In this document: positions 28,736 to 39,441 of the stretch, piece after piece
How the letters are laid out: every line of letters begins with the position of its first letter
Position numbering within the stretch: position 1 is the first letter of the stretch
NCBI GenBank assembly: GCA_963842725.1
Contig: CAWJHN010000001.1
Span: 84,447-148,446 of the forward strand
Origin: an uncultured Actinomycetes bacterium
GTDB taxonomy: Bacteria > Actinomycetota > Actinomycetes > S36-B12
DNA length: 64,000 bases
Reading direction: 5' to 3'
The notes under the pieces: generated by a model
What the model was told of the DNA's origin: nothing
The model's database searches: none
What the model saw: only the letters and a program-made list of their open reading frames with translations
Made by a program: the position numbers and the translations under genes

Positions 28736-29755
28736 TCACTGTTCGTCCAGGATGCGGCTGACGTAGCGCGCCACGGCTTGGACCGCGCTGATGGTTCCCG
28801 GGTAGTCCATGTGGGTCGGGCCGACCACTCCGAGGGAGGCGACCGGATGGTCCCCGTGCGCGTAGCGGGCCGTGATGACCGACGTCGACTCCAGGCCCTC
28901 GACGGGGTTCTCGTGGCCGATGCGGACCGTCACGCCCTGGGGCGCACCGCCTTCGCCGAGCAGCCGGAGCAGCACGACCTGCTCCTCGAGGGCCTCCAGC
29001 ACCGGCTGGATCGCGAGGGGGAAGGACTCGCCGTAGCGGGCCAGGTGCGCGGTGCCGCCGAGCACCACCCGCTCGTCGGTCCGCTCGGTGACCGCCTCGA
29101 GCACGCCGGCGACCACGGCGCGAACGGTCGGGCGGTCGTCGGGGGCGAACGCCTCGTCGAATCCGGTGAGCGCGTCGGGCACCGACGCGAACGCCTTGCC
29201 GGACAGGGTGACGATCAGGCGCGACCTCAGGTCGGCCACGACGGACTCGGGGATGGGCGCGGCCGAGTCCACGATGCGCTGCTCCACCCGGCCGGTGTCG
29301 GAGATGAGCACGACGATGAGCCGCGTGGTGCTCAGCGAGACCACCTCGACGTGGCGGACGCTGCTGCGCGAAAGCGACGGGTACTGGACGAGCGCGACCT
29401 GCCGGGTGATCTGGGCCAGCAGCCGGACCGTCCTGGCCATGACGTCGTCGAGATCGACCGCGTCATCGAGGAACTGGTGGATGGCGCGGCGCTCCGGCGC
29501 GCTCAGCGGCTTGACTCCCGAGAGCCGGTCGACGAACAGGCGGTAGCCCCGGTCGGTGGGCACGCGGCCCGCACTCGTGTGCGGCTGGGCGATGAAGCCC
29601 TCCTCCTCGAGCGCGGCCATGTCGTTGCGGATCGTGGCCGGCGACACGCCGAGGCTGTGCCGTTCGACGAGGGCCTTGGACCCCACGGGCTCGTGGGTCG
29701 ACACATAGTCCTCGACGATGGCACGCAGCACGGCGAGCCGGCGTTCCTCGAGCAT
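28736..29755 (-). CDS. hrcA: Heat-inducible transcription repressor HrcA
   Basis: ORF 28736..29803, with the likely start at ATG 29753-29755 ([18 protein letters not shown]...EPVGSK). A CIRCE operator lies 38 nt upstream. Confidence 0.9.
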   Translation of the reverse strand: MLEERRLAVLRAIVEDYVSTHEPVGSKALVERHSLGVSPATIRNDMAALEEEGFIAQPHTSAGRVPTDRGYRLFVDRLSGVKPLSAPERRAIHQFLDDAVDLDDVMARTVRLLAQITRQVALVQYPSLSRSSVRHVEVVSLSTTRLIVVLISDTGRVEQRIVDSAAPIPESVVADLRSRLIVTLSGKAFASVPDALTGFDEAFAPDDRPTVRAVVAGVLEAVTERTDERVVLGGTAHLARYGESFPLAIQPVLEALEEQVVLLRLLGEGGAPQGVTVRIGHENPVEGLESTSVITARYAHGDHPVASLGVVGPTHMDYPGTISAVQAVARYVSRILDEQ

Positions 29756-29792
29756 GCGCACCTCCCGGGCGGCGACGGGCCTCGCGAGGCAA

Positions 29793-29819
29793 TTGGCACT
29801 CACGAGCAGTGAGTGCCAA
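29793..29819 (-). promoter_or_regulatory. CIRCE operator (HrcA binding site)
   Basis: TTGGCACTC-N9-GAGTGCCAA is a perfect 9-bp inverted repeat with a 9-nt spacer, compared with the consensus TTAGCACTC-N9-GAGTGCTAA. It lies upstream of hrcA-dnaJ. Confidence 0.9.
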
Positions 29820-29857
29820 GTGTACGGCCTCAGGGTGGACCCGGCGCCTCCTGAGCC

Positions 29858-31060
29858 TCAGGGAAGCAGGTCGCGGATCACCGCGTCCGCGAGCAGGCGG
29901 CCGCGGCGGGTCAGGACCAGGCGGCCGAGCGTGAGCGCGGCCTCGTCGACCAGCCCGGAATCGACCAGGGACGCGATGCAGTCGGGGGCTGGCGGGTCCA
30001 GCTCGCCCAACGGCAGTCCCCGGGCCAGCCGCAGCCCCAGCATCACGCGCTCGGTCCGCTGCTGCTCCTCGGTGAGCACCTCGCGATCGGCCTCCGGCGT
30101 GCGGCCCGCCGCGAGGCGTTCGGCGTAGGTGCGCGGATGCTTGACGTTCCACCAGCGGACGCCGTTGACGTGACTGTGCGCGCCCGGACCGACGCCCCAC
30201 CAGTCGTCCCCCGCCCAGTACCCCAGATTGTGCCGGCACTCGCCGCCCGCTCGGGCCCAGTTGGACACCTCGTACCAGAGCAGTCCGGCAGCGGTCATGA
30301 GGTCGTCGACGATCACGTAGCGGGCCGCCGCCACGTCGTCGTCCGGGGCCGGCAGCTCGCCGCGGCGGACGCGGCGCGCGAGGGGGGTGCCGTCCTCGAC
30401 GATCAGCGAGTAGGCGGACACGTGATCGACGCCCGCCCCCAGCGCGTCGTCGACCGACCGGCGCAGGTCGTCGTCGGACTCCCCCGGCGTGCCGTAGATG
30501 AGGTCGAGGTTCACATGCTCGAAGCCGGCCCGGCTCGCCGCCCGGGCGGCCGCGAGACCCGCTCCCGGCGTGTGCGTGCGCTCCAGCACGCGCAGCACGT
30601 TCTCCGACGTGCTCTGCATGCCCAGGGAGATGCGCGTGAAGCCGCCCGCGCGCAACGACTCGAGCATGTCCTCGTCGACGCTGTCGGGGTTCGCCTCGGT
30701 GGTCACCTCGGCGTCGACGTCGAGCCCGAACTCCTCGCGGATCGCGGCCAGCACGGCGTTCAGTCCGGCGGCGCCCAGCGTGGTCGGCGTGCCGCCCCCG
30801 ACGAAGACCGTCCCGACCGGCCGCCGGTCGTCGCCCAGCGTCTCGGCCGCGTGGCGGATCTCGGCGATGAGCACCTCATGGAACTCGTCGCGACGGACGG
30901 AGTCGCCCAGCTCGGTGGCCGTGTAGGTGTTGAAGTCGCAGTACCCGCAGCGGCTGGTGCAGAACGGCACGTGGACGTAGATCCCAAGCCCCCGTCGAGT
31001 GGCGAGTTGTGGGGCGGGTTCGCGCCGCGAACCGCCCCACAACTCGCCACTCGACGGCAA
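29858..31060 (-). CDS. hemW: Radical SAM heme chaperone HemW (coproporphyrinogen-III-oxidase-like)
   Basis: 400-aa ORF with the radical SAM motif HVPFCTSRCGYCDF. The start is uncertain. The only upstream start candidates (TTG 31060, TTG about 31042) lie inside palindrome A. Confidence 0.85.
   Translation of the reverse strand: MPSSGELWGGSRREPAPQLATRRGLGIYVHVPFCTSRCGYCDFNTYTATELGDSVRRDEFHEVLIAEIRHAAETLGDDRRPVGTVFVGGGTPTTLGAAGLNAVLAAIREEFGLDVDAEVTTEANPDSVDEDMLESLRAGGFTRISLGMQSTSENVLRVLERTHTPGAGLAAARAASRAGFEHVNLDLIYGTPGESDDDLRRSVDDALGAGVDHVSAYSLIVEDGTPLARRVRRGELPAPDDDVAAARYVIVDDLMTAAGLLWYEVSNWARAGGECRHNLGYWAGDDWWGVGPGAHSHVNGVRWWNVKHPRTYAERLAAGRTPEADREVLTEEQQRTERVMLGLRLARGLPLGELDPPAPDCIASLVDSGLVDEAALTLGRLVLTRRGRLLADAVIRDLLP
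30992..31057. repeat. Palindromic element A (66 nt, near-perfect inverted repeat)
   Basis: CCGTCGAGTGGCGAGTTGTGGGGCGG(G)TTCGCG-C-CGCGAACCGCCCCACAACTCGCCACTCGACGG. The arms are 33 and 32 nt with one bulged G. It sits between the lepA stop and the conserved core of hemW. Confidence 0.9.
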
Positions 31061-31064
31061 GGGT

Positions 31065-32897
<1,833 letters not shown>

Positions 32898-33028
32898 GAT
32901 GATCCTCGGGTTGGGGGGCGATTTGGGCTGAGGACCAGCCTACGGGTAATCTGGGGCGCTGATTGACCCAGACGTTTCCCGAGCCGGTCCGTGCTCACGA
33001 TGAGTGCGTTCTCAAGAAAGTTGTCCCA

Positions 33029-33289
33029 GTGGCGAACATCAAGTCGCAGATCAAGCGCAACCGCACCAACGAGAAGGCCCGCCAGCGCAACAAGGCGGTC
33101 AAGTCCTCGCTGAAGACCTCGGTGCGCAAGTTCAACGCGGCCGTCGTGGCCGGCGACGCCGCAAAGGCCGACGAGCTGGCTCGCGAGGCCGGTCGCGCGC
33201 TCGACAAGGCAGCCAGCAAGGGCGTCATCCACGCCAACCAGGCCGCCAACCGCAAGTCGGCCATCTCCAAGAAGGTCGCTGCGATCTAG
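33029..33289 (+). CDS. rpsT: 30S ribosomal protein S20
   Basis: GTG at 33029 inside ORF 32963..33289. [23 protein letters not shown] is a canonical S20 N-terminus. Confidence 0.9.
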   Translation: MANIKSQIKRNRTNEKARQRNKAVKSSLKTSVRKFNAAVVAGDAAKADELAREAGRALDKAASKGVIHANQAANRKSAISKKVAAI

Positions 33290-33308
33290 GTTAAGACCTC
33301 GTAAGCAC

Positions 33309-33331
33309 GGCGCCCCTCAAGGAGGGGCGCC
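33309..33331 (+). terminator. Stem-loop terminator after rpsT
   Basis: GGCGCCCCTC-AAG-GAGGGGCGCC (10-bp stem) followed by TTATGCTT, 20 nt after the rpsT stop. Confidence 0.65.
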
Positions 33332-33359
33332 TTATGCTTCCAGCAGGAGGTGTCGCGCC

Positions 33360-33950
33360 ATGCCGAGGATTTCTGCCGCAACCGTTGCCGAGCACCGCGA
33401 ACTGCGTCGGGCCGCCCTGCTCGACGCCGCAGCCGCCCTGATGGTCCGCGGGCGCACCTTCACCGTGGCCGAGGTGGCGAGCGAGGTGGGCCTGTCGCGC
33501 TCAGCCGTCTACGAGTACTACAGCAGTGCGGCCGACCTCATCGCCGACGTCCTCGTCGACGAACTGGCCGACTGGGCCGAGGCGCTTCGATCGGCGACCG
33601 AGTCCGTCGAGGACCCCATGCAGCAGGTCGAGGCCTGGGTCCGCGCCGTCCTGGACTACGTGGCCGAGGGCCATCACGCCCTGGTCCGCGCCGCCGGCAC
33701 CATCGACCTGCCGGCCACCCGCCGGGCCCAGGTCCAGACGATGCACCGCGAGCTCATTGCGCCTCTGCAGGAGGCGCTCACCGCCCTCGGCGATCCCATC
33801 CCCGGCCAGCTCGCCTCCTATGTGTGGGGGGTCGTCGACGCGTCGATCACCCGCATCGAGGCGGCCCGGGTCGACCCCGCCGACGAGGTCACCATGGTGC
33901 TGGAGTTCGTCCGCGGCGGACTCGCCCGGACGCTCGTCACCCTCGACTGA
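33360..33950 (+). CDS. TetR/AcrR-family transcriptional regulator
   Basis: 196-aa ORF with AGGAGG upstream. N-terminal HTH (RAALLDAAAALMVRGRTFTVAEVASEVGLSRSAVYEYYSS). Confidence 0.85.
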   Translation: MPRISAATVAEHRELRRAALLDAAAALMVRGRTFTVAEVASEVGLSRSAVYEYYSSAADLIADVLVDELADWAEALRSATESVEDPMQQVEAWVRAVLDYVAEGHHALVRAAGTIDLPATRRAQVQTMHRELIAPLQEALTALGDPIPGQLASYVWGVVDASITRIEAARVDPADEVTMVLEFVRGGLARTLVTLD

Positions 33951-33990
33951 CGAGACGTACCGCACCTCCGCACCGCAAAGCACTGACGCA

Positions 33991-34035
33991 ACGACGAACG
34001 CCGCCCCGGCCATCAGCCGGGGCGGCGTTCGTCGT
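33991..34035. terminator. Bidirectional 20-bp perfect stem-loop between convergent genes
   Basis: ACGACGAACGCCGCCCCGGC-CATCA-GCCGGGGCGGCGTTCGTCGT, between the tetR-family stop (33950) and the stop of the minus-strand secreted-protein gene (34059). Confidence 0.6.
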
Positions 34036-34058
34036 TGCGGGTGGCCCGCGGTGACCTG

Positions 34059-34850
34059 CTACTTGCGGAGCAGGAACACCTGGGTCTTGACCAGCGGCTT
34101 GAAGTTGCGTCCACCGGTCGAGGTGATGCGCACGATGCAGGTGCCGCGGTCCTTGAGGGCCGTGATCTTGCCATCGGCGATCGAGCAGTTGTCCGCGACG
34201 AGCGACGGGGTCAGGCCCGAGGCCAGCGTCACGGAGAACGGGACGGGCTTGTTCTTCATGAGCTTCGGCTTGGCGCCGTTGGCGACCACCTTGCCGTCGA
34301 GGGTGATCGTGGCGACGTCGGTCTTGCGGTCGGCCCGCACGGGGCTGAACATCGTCGGCCAGATGCGCATGTACGCAGGGTTGGCGGCATCCTTGCCGGC
34401 ACCGAGCACGTACAGGGCGCAGGCAGTGGAGCGCGGGTCACCGGTGCTTGCGCGGCAGTCGACCGAGCCCGGCAGGGCCGTCACGGTCGGATTGGGGTTG
34501 GTGCCCCAGAACTCGCCGTTGACCCGGACCGGGATGGCAAGCGTGGCGCGTGCTGCTGCGTCAGCCGTGACGTACGCGAGCGAGTCGGTGGACGAGTCGC
34601 ACTGGGTCGGGGCCTGGCGGGGGTCGGTCGGAACCTTGCAGTGCAGGACATACAGGCCAACGCCGGCGGGAAGGTTCACCACGTCGACGGTGAGCGTCGA
34701 TGAGGTCGCCAGGTTGACGAGCGGGGTCATGGCGCGCTGGCCGGCGACCGTCGCGTTGTACGGGTCGGCGGCGAGGGCCGGCGTGGCGACGGTTCCTGCC
34801 ACGAGAGCGAATCCGACGGCCGCGACGGCCAAGCGGAGGCTGCGAGTCAT
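34059..34850 (-). CDS. Secreted two-domain beta-rich protein with paired cysteines (Ig-like, uncharacterised)
   Basis: ORF 34059..34865. The preferred start is ATG 34848-34850 (MTRSLRLAVAAVGFALVAGTVATPALA) with AAGGAG 6 nt upstream. Cys pattern GLYVLHCKVP..PTQCDSS...VDCRAS..STACALYVLG, plus a C-terminal module DNCSIADGKITALKDRGTCIVRITS. Confidence 0.7.
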   Translation of the reverse strand: MTRSLRLAVAAVGFALVAGTVATPALAADPYNATVAGQRAMTPLVNLATSSTLTVDVVNLPAGVGLYVLHCKVPTDPRQAPTQCDSSTDSLAYVTADAAARATLAIPVRVNGEFWGTNPNPTVTALPGSVDCRASTGDPRSTACALYVLGAGKDAANPAYMRIWPTMFSPVRADRKTDVATITLDGKVVANGAKPKLMKNKPVPFSVTLASGLTPSLVADNCSIADGKITALKDRGTCIVRITSTGGRNFKPLVKTQVFLLRK

Positions 34851-34877
34851 GCGTATCTCCTTCATTGGTTGGTGTGA

Positions 34878-35441
34878 CTACTGCGGGGCGAAGCGGACGC
34901 GAACGGCCACGTCGGCCGATCGGTTGCCCTCTCGGGTGTGGTCGGCGCGGGTGACGATGGAGCATGAGACGGTTCGGCAGTCGATCGATCCGATGAGGGA
35001 CGAGACCTGCAGCCGGATGGAGAAGCGGCCGCCGCGCTTGAACGGGATGGCGAGCTTCGCGCCGTAGGGCGGCGGGTTCGACGAGATCCACGCCGAGGCG
35101 GGGTTCCGGCCGCTGGTGTTGACGCCACCGCCGCACGGAGAGGGCGCGTGGCCCTTGGTCGGGGTGACGCACAGTGCCACATAGATGCCCACCGTGCGGT
35201 CGAAGCCCTTGCCGGTGATCGCGATCACCTGGCCCGCGGGGTTGAGTCCGCGGACCGGGGTGACGGTCAGCACCTGGCCCGCCCTGGTGGTCGTGGTGCC
35301 GGTGCCCGACGGAGCGGCCTGCGCCGGGACCGCGAGGCCCAGGAGGGCAACGACGCCCAGCAGGCTCACGGCGACGGAGGCGACGGCGGTGCGGCCGCCG
35401 AGGCCTCGAGGCCGGTCCAGGGCACGCGGACGGAAGGTCAC
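34878..35441 (-). CDS. Secreted single-domain beta-rich protein with paired cysteines (neocarzinostatin-apoprotein-like pattern, uncharacterised)
   Basis: Last 187 codons of ORF 34878..36254. GTG at 35439-35441 is tentative. Signal peptide ...LLGVVALLGLAVPAQA. Contains GQVIAITGKGFDRTVGIYVALCVTP..PSPCGGG...WISSNPPPYG...IDCRTVSCSIVTRADH. Confidence 0.65.
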   Translation of the reverse strand: MTFRPRALDRPRGLGGRTAVASVAVSLLGVVALLGLAVPAQAAPSGTGTTTTRAGQVLTVTPVRGLNPAGQVIAITGKGFDRTVGIYVALCVTPTKGHAPSPCGGGVNTSGRNPASAWISSNPPPYGAKLAIPFKRGGRFSIRLQVSSLIGSIDCRTVSCSIVTRADHTREGNRSADVAVRVRFAPQ

Positions 35442-35519
35442 GATCGCACGATATGCCGCGACGCCTGTGGACCGCCCGACACGATGTCGGCGTGATACCG
35501 ACGCAGTATCGGGAACTTC

Positions 35520-36545
35520 GTGGGGAGCGGTGGGGATAATCAGCGGGTGCGACGGCCCAGAGTCCCCCTCCTGCTGGTCGCCGCGACCGTCGTATGCCTG
35601 TCCGGCTGCGCCGGCAACTCCGCCGCCACCGCCACTGCCCCCTCCCCCGGGCAGTCGGTGCCGACGTCCGCGCCGCCCTCGGCCATCCCGGCCGCCCGGT
35701 TCGTGGCCATCACGTCCGCCGACGTCTCGATGCCGCCCATCCCCGCAGTCGAGCTGCCGGCCACCGCCCCGCGTCGCATCGTCAGCCTGGCCAAGGGCGT
35801 CGGCGAGACGCTGGCCGCCCTCGGTGTCGCTCAGTTCGTCGTCGGACGCGACGAGACCAGCGATGCGTCCGAGCTGACCGGTGCCGAGCTGGTCACCAAG
35901 GCCCACTCGGCGAGCGCCGAGAAGGTGCTCTCGCTGTCCCCCGATCTCGTCATCATCGACGCGTCCACCACCCCGCCCGAGGCCGTCAGCCAGATCCGCG
36001 ACGCCGGCGTGCGCGTCGTCGAGGTCCCCGAGGCCTATGCGCTGTCCGACATCGCCGCGCGCACGAACGCCGTCGCGGAGGCGGTCGGGGTGCCGACGCC
36101 GATCGCCGACCTCGTCATCGCCGAGGCAGGCGGGTCCGAGCCGGTGCCGTCGCCGGCAGCGGATGCGCCGACGGTGATGTTCCTGTACGTGCGCGGGACG
36201 TCGGCGATCTACCTGGTAGGCGGCAAGGGATCCGGGGCCGACGACCTCATCCACGCGGCCGGCGGCATCGACGCCGGGGCGGCGGCCGGATACGAGGCCT
36301 ACGTGCCACTGACGGCCGAGGCGGTCGCGACGCTGGACCCCGACGTCATCCTCGTCATGGGCAAGGGCCTGGAGTCTGTGGGCGGCGTCGAGGGCCTGGC
36401 CGGCCTCCCCGGCGTCGCGCAGACGACGGCTGGCCGCGAGGGCCGGGTCATCGCCGTCGACGACACCCTCCTGCTTTCCTTCGGTCCCCGGACGGGCCGG
36501 CTCGTCGATGCCCTGCGCGACGCGATCACGCAGGCCGCCGGCTGA
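35520..36545 (+). CDS. hmuT: Hemin/siderophore-type ABC transporter substrate-binding lipoprotein (class III SBP)
   Basis: 341-aa ORF (alternative start GTG 35547, giving MRRPRVPLLLVAATVVCLSGCAG). Periplasmic-binding-protein type 2 pattern (RIVSLAKGVGETLAALG, PDLVII, DPDVILV). Confidence 0.7.
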   Translation: MGSGGDNQRVRRPRVPLLLVAATVVCLSGCAGNSAATATAPSPGQSVPTSAPPSAIPAARFVAITSADVSMPPIPAVELPATAPRRIVSLAKGVGETLAALGVAQFVVGRDETSDASELTGAELVTKAHSASAEKVLSLSPDLVIIDASTTPPEAVSQIRDAGVRVVEVPEAYALSDIAARTNAVAEAVGVPTPIADLVIAEAGGSEPVPSPAADAPTVMFLYVRGTSAIYLVGGKGSGADDLIHAAGGIDAGAAAGYEAYVPLTAEAVATLDPDVILVMGKGLESVGGVEGLAGLPGVAQTTAGREGRVIAVDDTLLLSFGPRTGRLVDALRDAITQAAG

Positions 36546-37501
36546 TGCGGACGCGCTGGATCCTGCTGGCCGTCATGCTTGCGGGCGTCCTCGCCCTCAG
36601 CGCATCGCTCGCGCTCGAGGTAGGCATCGCGGAATCGTCCGCCGAGATCATCTGGAACATCCGCGCGCCGCGGGTCGTGATGGCCGTCCTGGTCGGCAGC
36701 GGCCTGGCCGTCGCGGGTGCGCTCATGCAGGGCTCGCTGAGCAATCCGCTGGCTGATCCGGGGCTGGTCGGCGTGTCTGCGGGCGCCGCTCTTGGGGCGG
36801 TCGTGGCGGTGGCGCTGGGGGCCACGTTCAGCACCGGGCTCACCTCGCTCGCGGCCTGCCTGGGCGCCGGCATCGCGACCGCGGTCGTGGTCGCCGTGTC
36901 GCTGCGCGAGATGCGGCCCGAGGTCGTGACCCTCCTGCTCGCCGGCGTCGCCGTCACCGCGTTCACCGGAGCCGTGCTCGCGATCATCGTCTCGTTGAGC
37001 ACGTCGGCGGCGGTCCGCTCGATCACCTTCTGGTCCAGTGGCAGCCTGGCGCTGTCCACCTGGAGCGGGGTCCTCTCGGTGGCACCGTTCGTCATCGTCG
37101 GCATGGTCCTGGCGGCCACGACCGCGCGGTCGCTGGACATGCTGTCGCTCGGCGACCGCGGCGCCATGGCTGCCGGGGTCAACGTGGCAACCGTCCGCTA
37201 CCGCTCGCTCGTGGCCGTGGTGCTGCTGGTCGCCGCGGGCGTCGCGACGGTCGGCATGATCGCCTTCGTCGGCCTGCTGATCCCGCACGCGATGCGCATG
37301 GTCGTGGGACCACGGCACGGCCGACTGCTCGCGGTGAGCGCACTCGCCGGCGCGCTCCTGATCCTGCTCGCCGACACCCTTGCCCGCCTGGTGGCCAACC
37401 CCATCGAGATCCCCATCGGAGCCATCACCGCCGTCGTCGGGGCACCGGTCTTCTTCCTCCTTCTGCGCCGGACGCGCGCGCGGCAGGGAGGCTGGGCATG
37501 A
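36545..37501 (+). CDS. hmuU: FecCD-family ABC permease (hemin importer type)
   Basis: ATG at 36545 overlaps the hmuT stop by 1 nt. Contains IRAPRVVMAVLVGSGLAVAGALMQGSLSNPLADPGLVGVSAGA and a C-terminal GAPVFFLLLRR. Confidence 0.8.
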   Translation: MRTRWILLAVMLAGVLALSASLALEVGIAESSAEIIWNIRAPRVVMAVLVGSGLAVAGALMQGSLSNPLADPGLVGVSAGAALGAVVAVALGATFSTGLTSLAACLGAGIATAVVVAVSLREMRPEVVTLLLAGVAVTAFTGAVLAIIVSLSTSAAVRSITFWSSGSLALSTWSGVLSVAPFVIVGMVLAATTARSLDMLSLGDRGAMAAGVNVATVRYRSLVAVVLLVAAGVATVGMIAFVGLLIPHAMRMVVGPRHGRLLAVSALAGALLILLADTLARLVANPIEIPIGAITAVVGAPVFFLLLRRTRARQGGWA

Positions 37502-38256
37502 CCGCGATCGCGTTGCGGGAGGTCTCGGCCGTCACGGACCAGCGCGTCCGGCTCCACCGGACCACCCTGGAGGTCGAGCGGGGAACGGTCACCGGACTCA
37601 TCGGCCGCAACGGCTCGGGCAAGTCGACGATGCTCGCGCTGATCGCCTCGGAGCTGCAGCCGACCACCGGCACCGTCCTCATCAACGGCGACGACATCCA
37701 CGCCCTCAGCCTCACCGAGCGGGCCAGGCGTCGGGCGATCCTCACCCAGGAGACCACGGTGTCGTTCGCCTTCACGGTCCGCGAGGTCGTCGGCTGGGGC
37801 CGCACGCCTTGGCAGCACACGGACCGGGCTGCCGACAACGAGCGGGTCGTCCGTGAGGCGATCACGTCGCAGGGCCTCGACGAGCTCGTCGACCGGCCCG
37901 TCACATCGCTGTCCGGCGGCGAGCGCAAGCGCGTCCACATCGCGCGGGTGCTGGCCCAGCAGGCCGATGTCCTGCTGCTCGACGAGGCGGACTCCGACCT
38001 CGACCTGATCGGCCGGCGCGTGGTCGACGACCTGGTGGTCGAGCATGCACGGCGGGGGCACACCGCGGTCGTGGTGAGCCATGACCTCAGCCGGCTGGCG
38101 CGCGTCTGCGACCGGTTCATCCTCATGCATGCCGGCCGCGTGTACGCGCTCGGCACTCCCGACGAGGTGCTGACCGACGAGGTGCTCAGTGCCGCGTTCG
38201 AGGCGCGGGTCGCGGTGACAGGCGAGGGCGACTCGCTCACGATCCACGTCCCGTAA
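37498..38256 (+). CDS. hmuV: Hemin-importer-type ABC ATP-binding protein
   Basis: 252-aa ORF with an ATGA overlap onto hmuU. Walker A GRNGSGKST, LSGGERKRV, LLLDEA, and the HmuV-like ERARRRAILTQE...FTVREVVGWGRTPW. Confidence 0.8.
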   Translation: MTAIALREVSAVTDQRVRLHRTTLEVERGTVTGLIGRNGSGKSTMLALIASELQPTTGTVLINGDDIHALSLTERARRRAILTQETTVSFAFTVREVVGWGRTPWQHTDRAADNERVVREAITSQGLDELVDRPVTSLSGGERKRVHIARVLAQQADVLLLDEADSDLDLIGRRVVDDLVVEHARRGHTAVVVSHDLSRLARVCDRFILMHAGRVYALGTPDEVLTDEVLSAAFEARVAVTGEGDSLTIHVP

Positions 38257-38287
38257 GGGTCGCGGCGGACCGCCGACCGCACGGCGC

Positions 38288-39289
38288 CTAGCGCCCGTTG
38301 CCCGCCGACGTCGCAGCGACGAGGATCTCCAGGGCCAGCAGCTTCTGCTCGGGATCCAGGCTCGAGCCCTCGAGGACGCCGCCCTTCATGGCCCCGTCCG
38401 CCTCGGCCAGGGCGACCGCGGCTGCGGCGAGGCGGCGCTGGTCACCGCTCCACTTCGCCCATTGGCGACGCAGGGCCTCGACCTTCCAGGGCGGCACGCC
38501 CGCCTCCTTGGCGACGACCGCCGGCGAGGTGCCCGGTGGCATGCCGCCCACCCGGACCAGGGACCGCAGCCCGGTGGCGAGTGCCGAGATGGTGGCCGGA
38601 CCCACCGAGCCCTGGTCGTTGGCCAGCATCGACTGCCGAAGCGACTTCATGGCGTCGACGTACCTGCGGCTCCAGACGGCGTCGGCGATCGTGAAGCCGG
38701 ACACGTCGGCAACCCCCTCGAAGTAGTCGCGCACGTCGGCCATGTCGATGGGGTTGGCCTCGACGTCGCTGACCAGCTGCGAGACGGCTCCGGCCAGCAG
38801 GCCGAGGTCGTGGCCGATCGACTCGTAGAGGGCCACCAGCGCCTCGTTGGTGGCCCTGCGCTTGTGCGCGGCGAACTCCCGCCCGAGGAAGGCGAGGGTG
38901 TCCTTGCCCTTCTTGATGGCCTGGCAGTCGACCTGCTCGGCCCCCGCAGCGCGGAGCGCGTCGAGCAGGGCCTTGCCCTTCACGCCACCGGGGTGCGTGA
39001 CGACCAGGAACGTGCCGTCGGGCAGGTCCGCGACGACCTCACGCAGCGCCTTGCTGAACGCCTCGTCGGCATCGTCGACATCGGTGACGACCACGACGCC
39101 GCCATCGCCGAAGAGGTTCGGCGCGGTGGCCTCGCGGAGTGAATGGGCTGCGCCCTCCTCGCCGGCGTCGATGACGTACTTCGACACAGTGGGATCCGCC
39201 CGGCGCGCCGACGTCGACACGCTGCGCACGGCCCGATCGACGAGGACCGTCTCCGAGCCCACGATCAGCGTGATACGAGGGATCGACAT
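38288..39289 (-). CDS. holA: DNA polymerase III subunit delta
   Basis: ORF 38288..39391, with the start at ATG 39287-39289 (MSIPRITLIVGSETVLVDRAV). Length is 333 aa and the position next to comEC is typical. Confidence 0.8.
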   Translation of the reverse strand: MSIPRITLIVGSETVLVDRAVRSVSTSARRADPTVSKYVIDAGEEGAAHSLREATAPNLFGDGGVVVVTDVDDADEAFSKALREVVADLPDGTFLVVTHPGGVKGKALLDALRAAGAEQVDCQAIKKGKDTLAFLGREFAAHKRRATNEALVALYESIGHDLGLLAGAVSQLVSDVEANPIDMADVRDYFEGVADVSGFTIADAVWSRRYVDAMKSLRQSMLANDQGSVGPATISALATGLRSLVRVGGMPPGTSPAVVAKEAGVPPWKVEALRRQWAKWSGDQRRLAAAAVALAEADGAMKGGVLEGSSLDPEQKLLALEILVAATSAGNGR

Positions 39290-39441
39290 GATGACGCAGC
39301 ATGCCATGCCGGACCCACGTCGCGACGCCCGGTGCGCCGCCGGCCCGGCATCCCCTGAGGACTCGGGATCTCGTCCGCACTCGCGTGGCAACGACGTGGC
39401 CGCCGCCGCTAGGTTCGTGGCAACCGAGGAGAGGAACGACG

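Noticed and set aside
35476-35510. Small palindromes in the hmuT / secreted-protein divergent promoter (CCGACAcgaTGTCGG and GATACcgacgcaGTATC), considered as a possible iron/heme regulator operator.
   Set aside because: The arms are only 5-6 bp, with no resemblance to the IdeR/DtxR box (TTAGGTTAGCCTAACCTAA) or to a Fur/Zur box. Such short GC palindromes are common by chance here.
39384-39424. The direct repeat CGTGGCAAC, occurring twice 32 bp apart in the holA / secreted-protein divergent region.
   Set aside because: It is a single 9-mer pair in GC-rich DNA with no supporting symmetry or known motif. This is insufficient to call a regulatory site.
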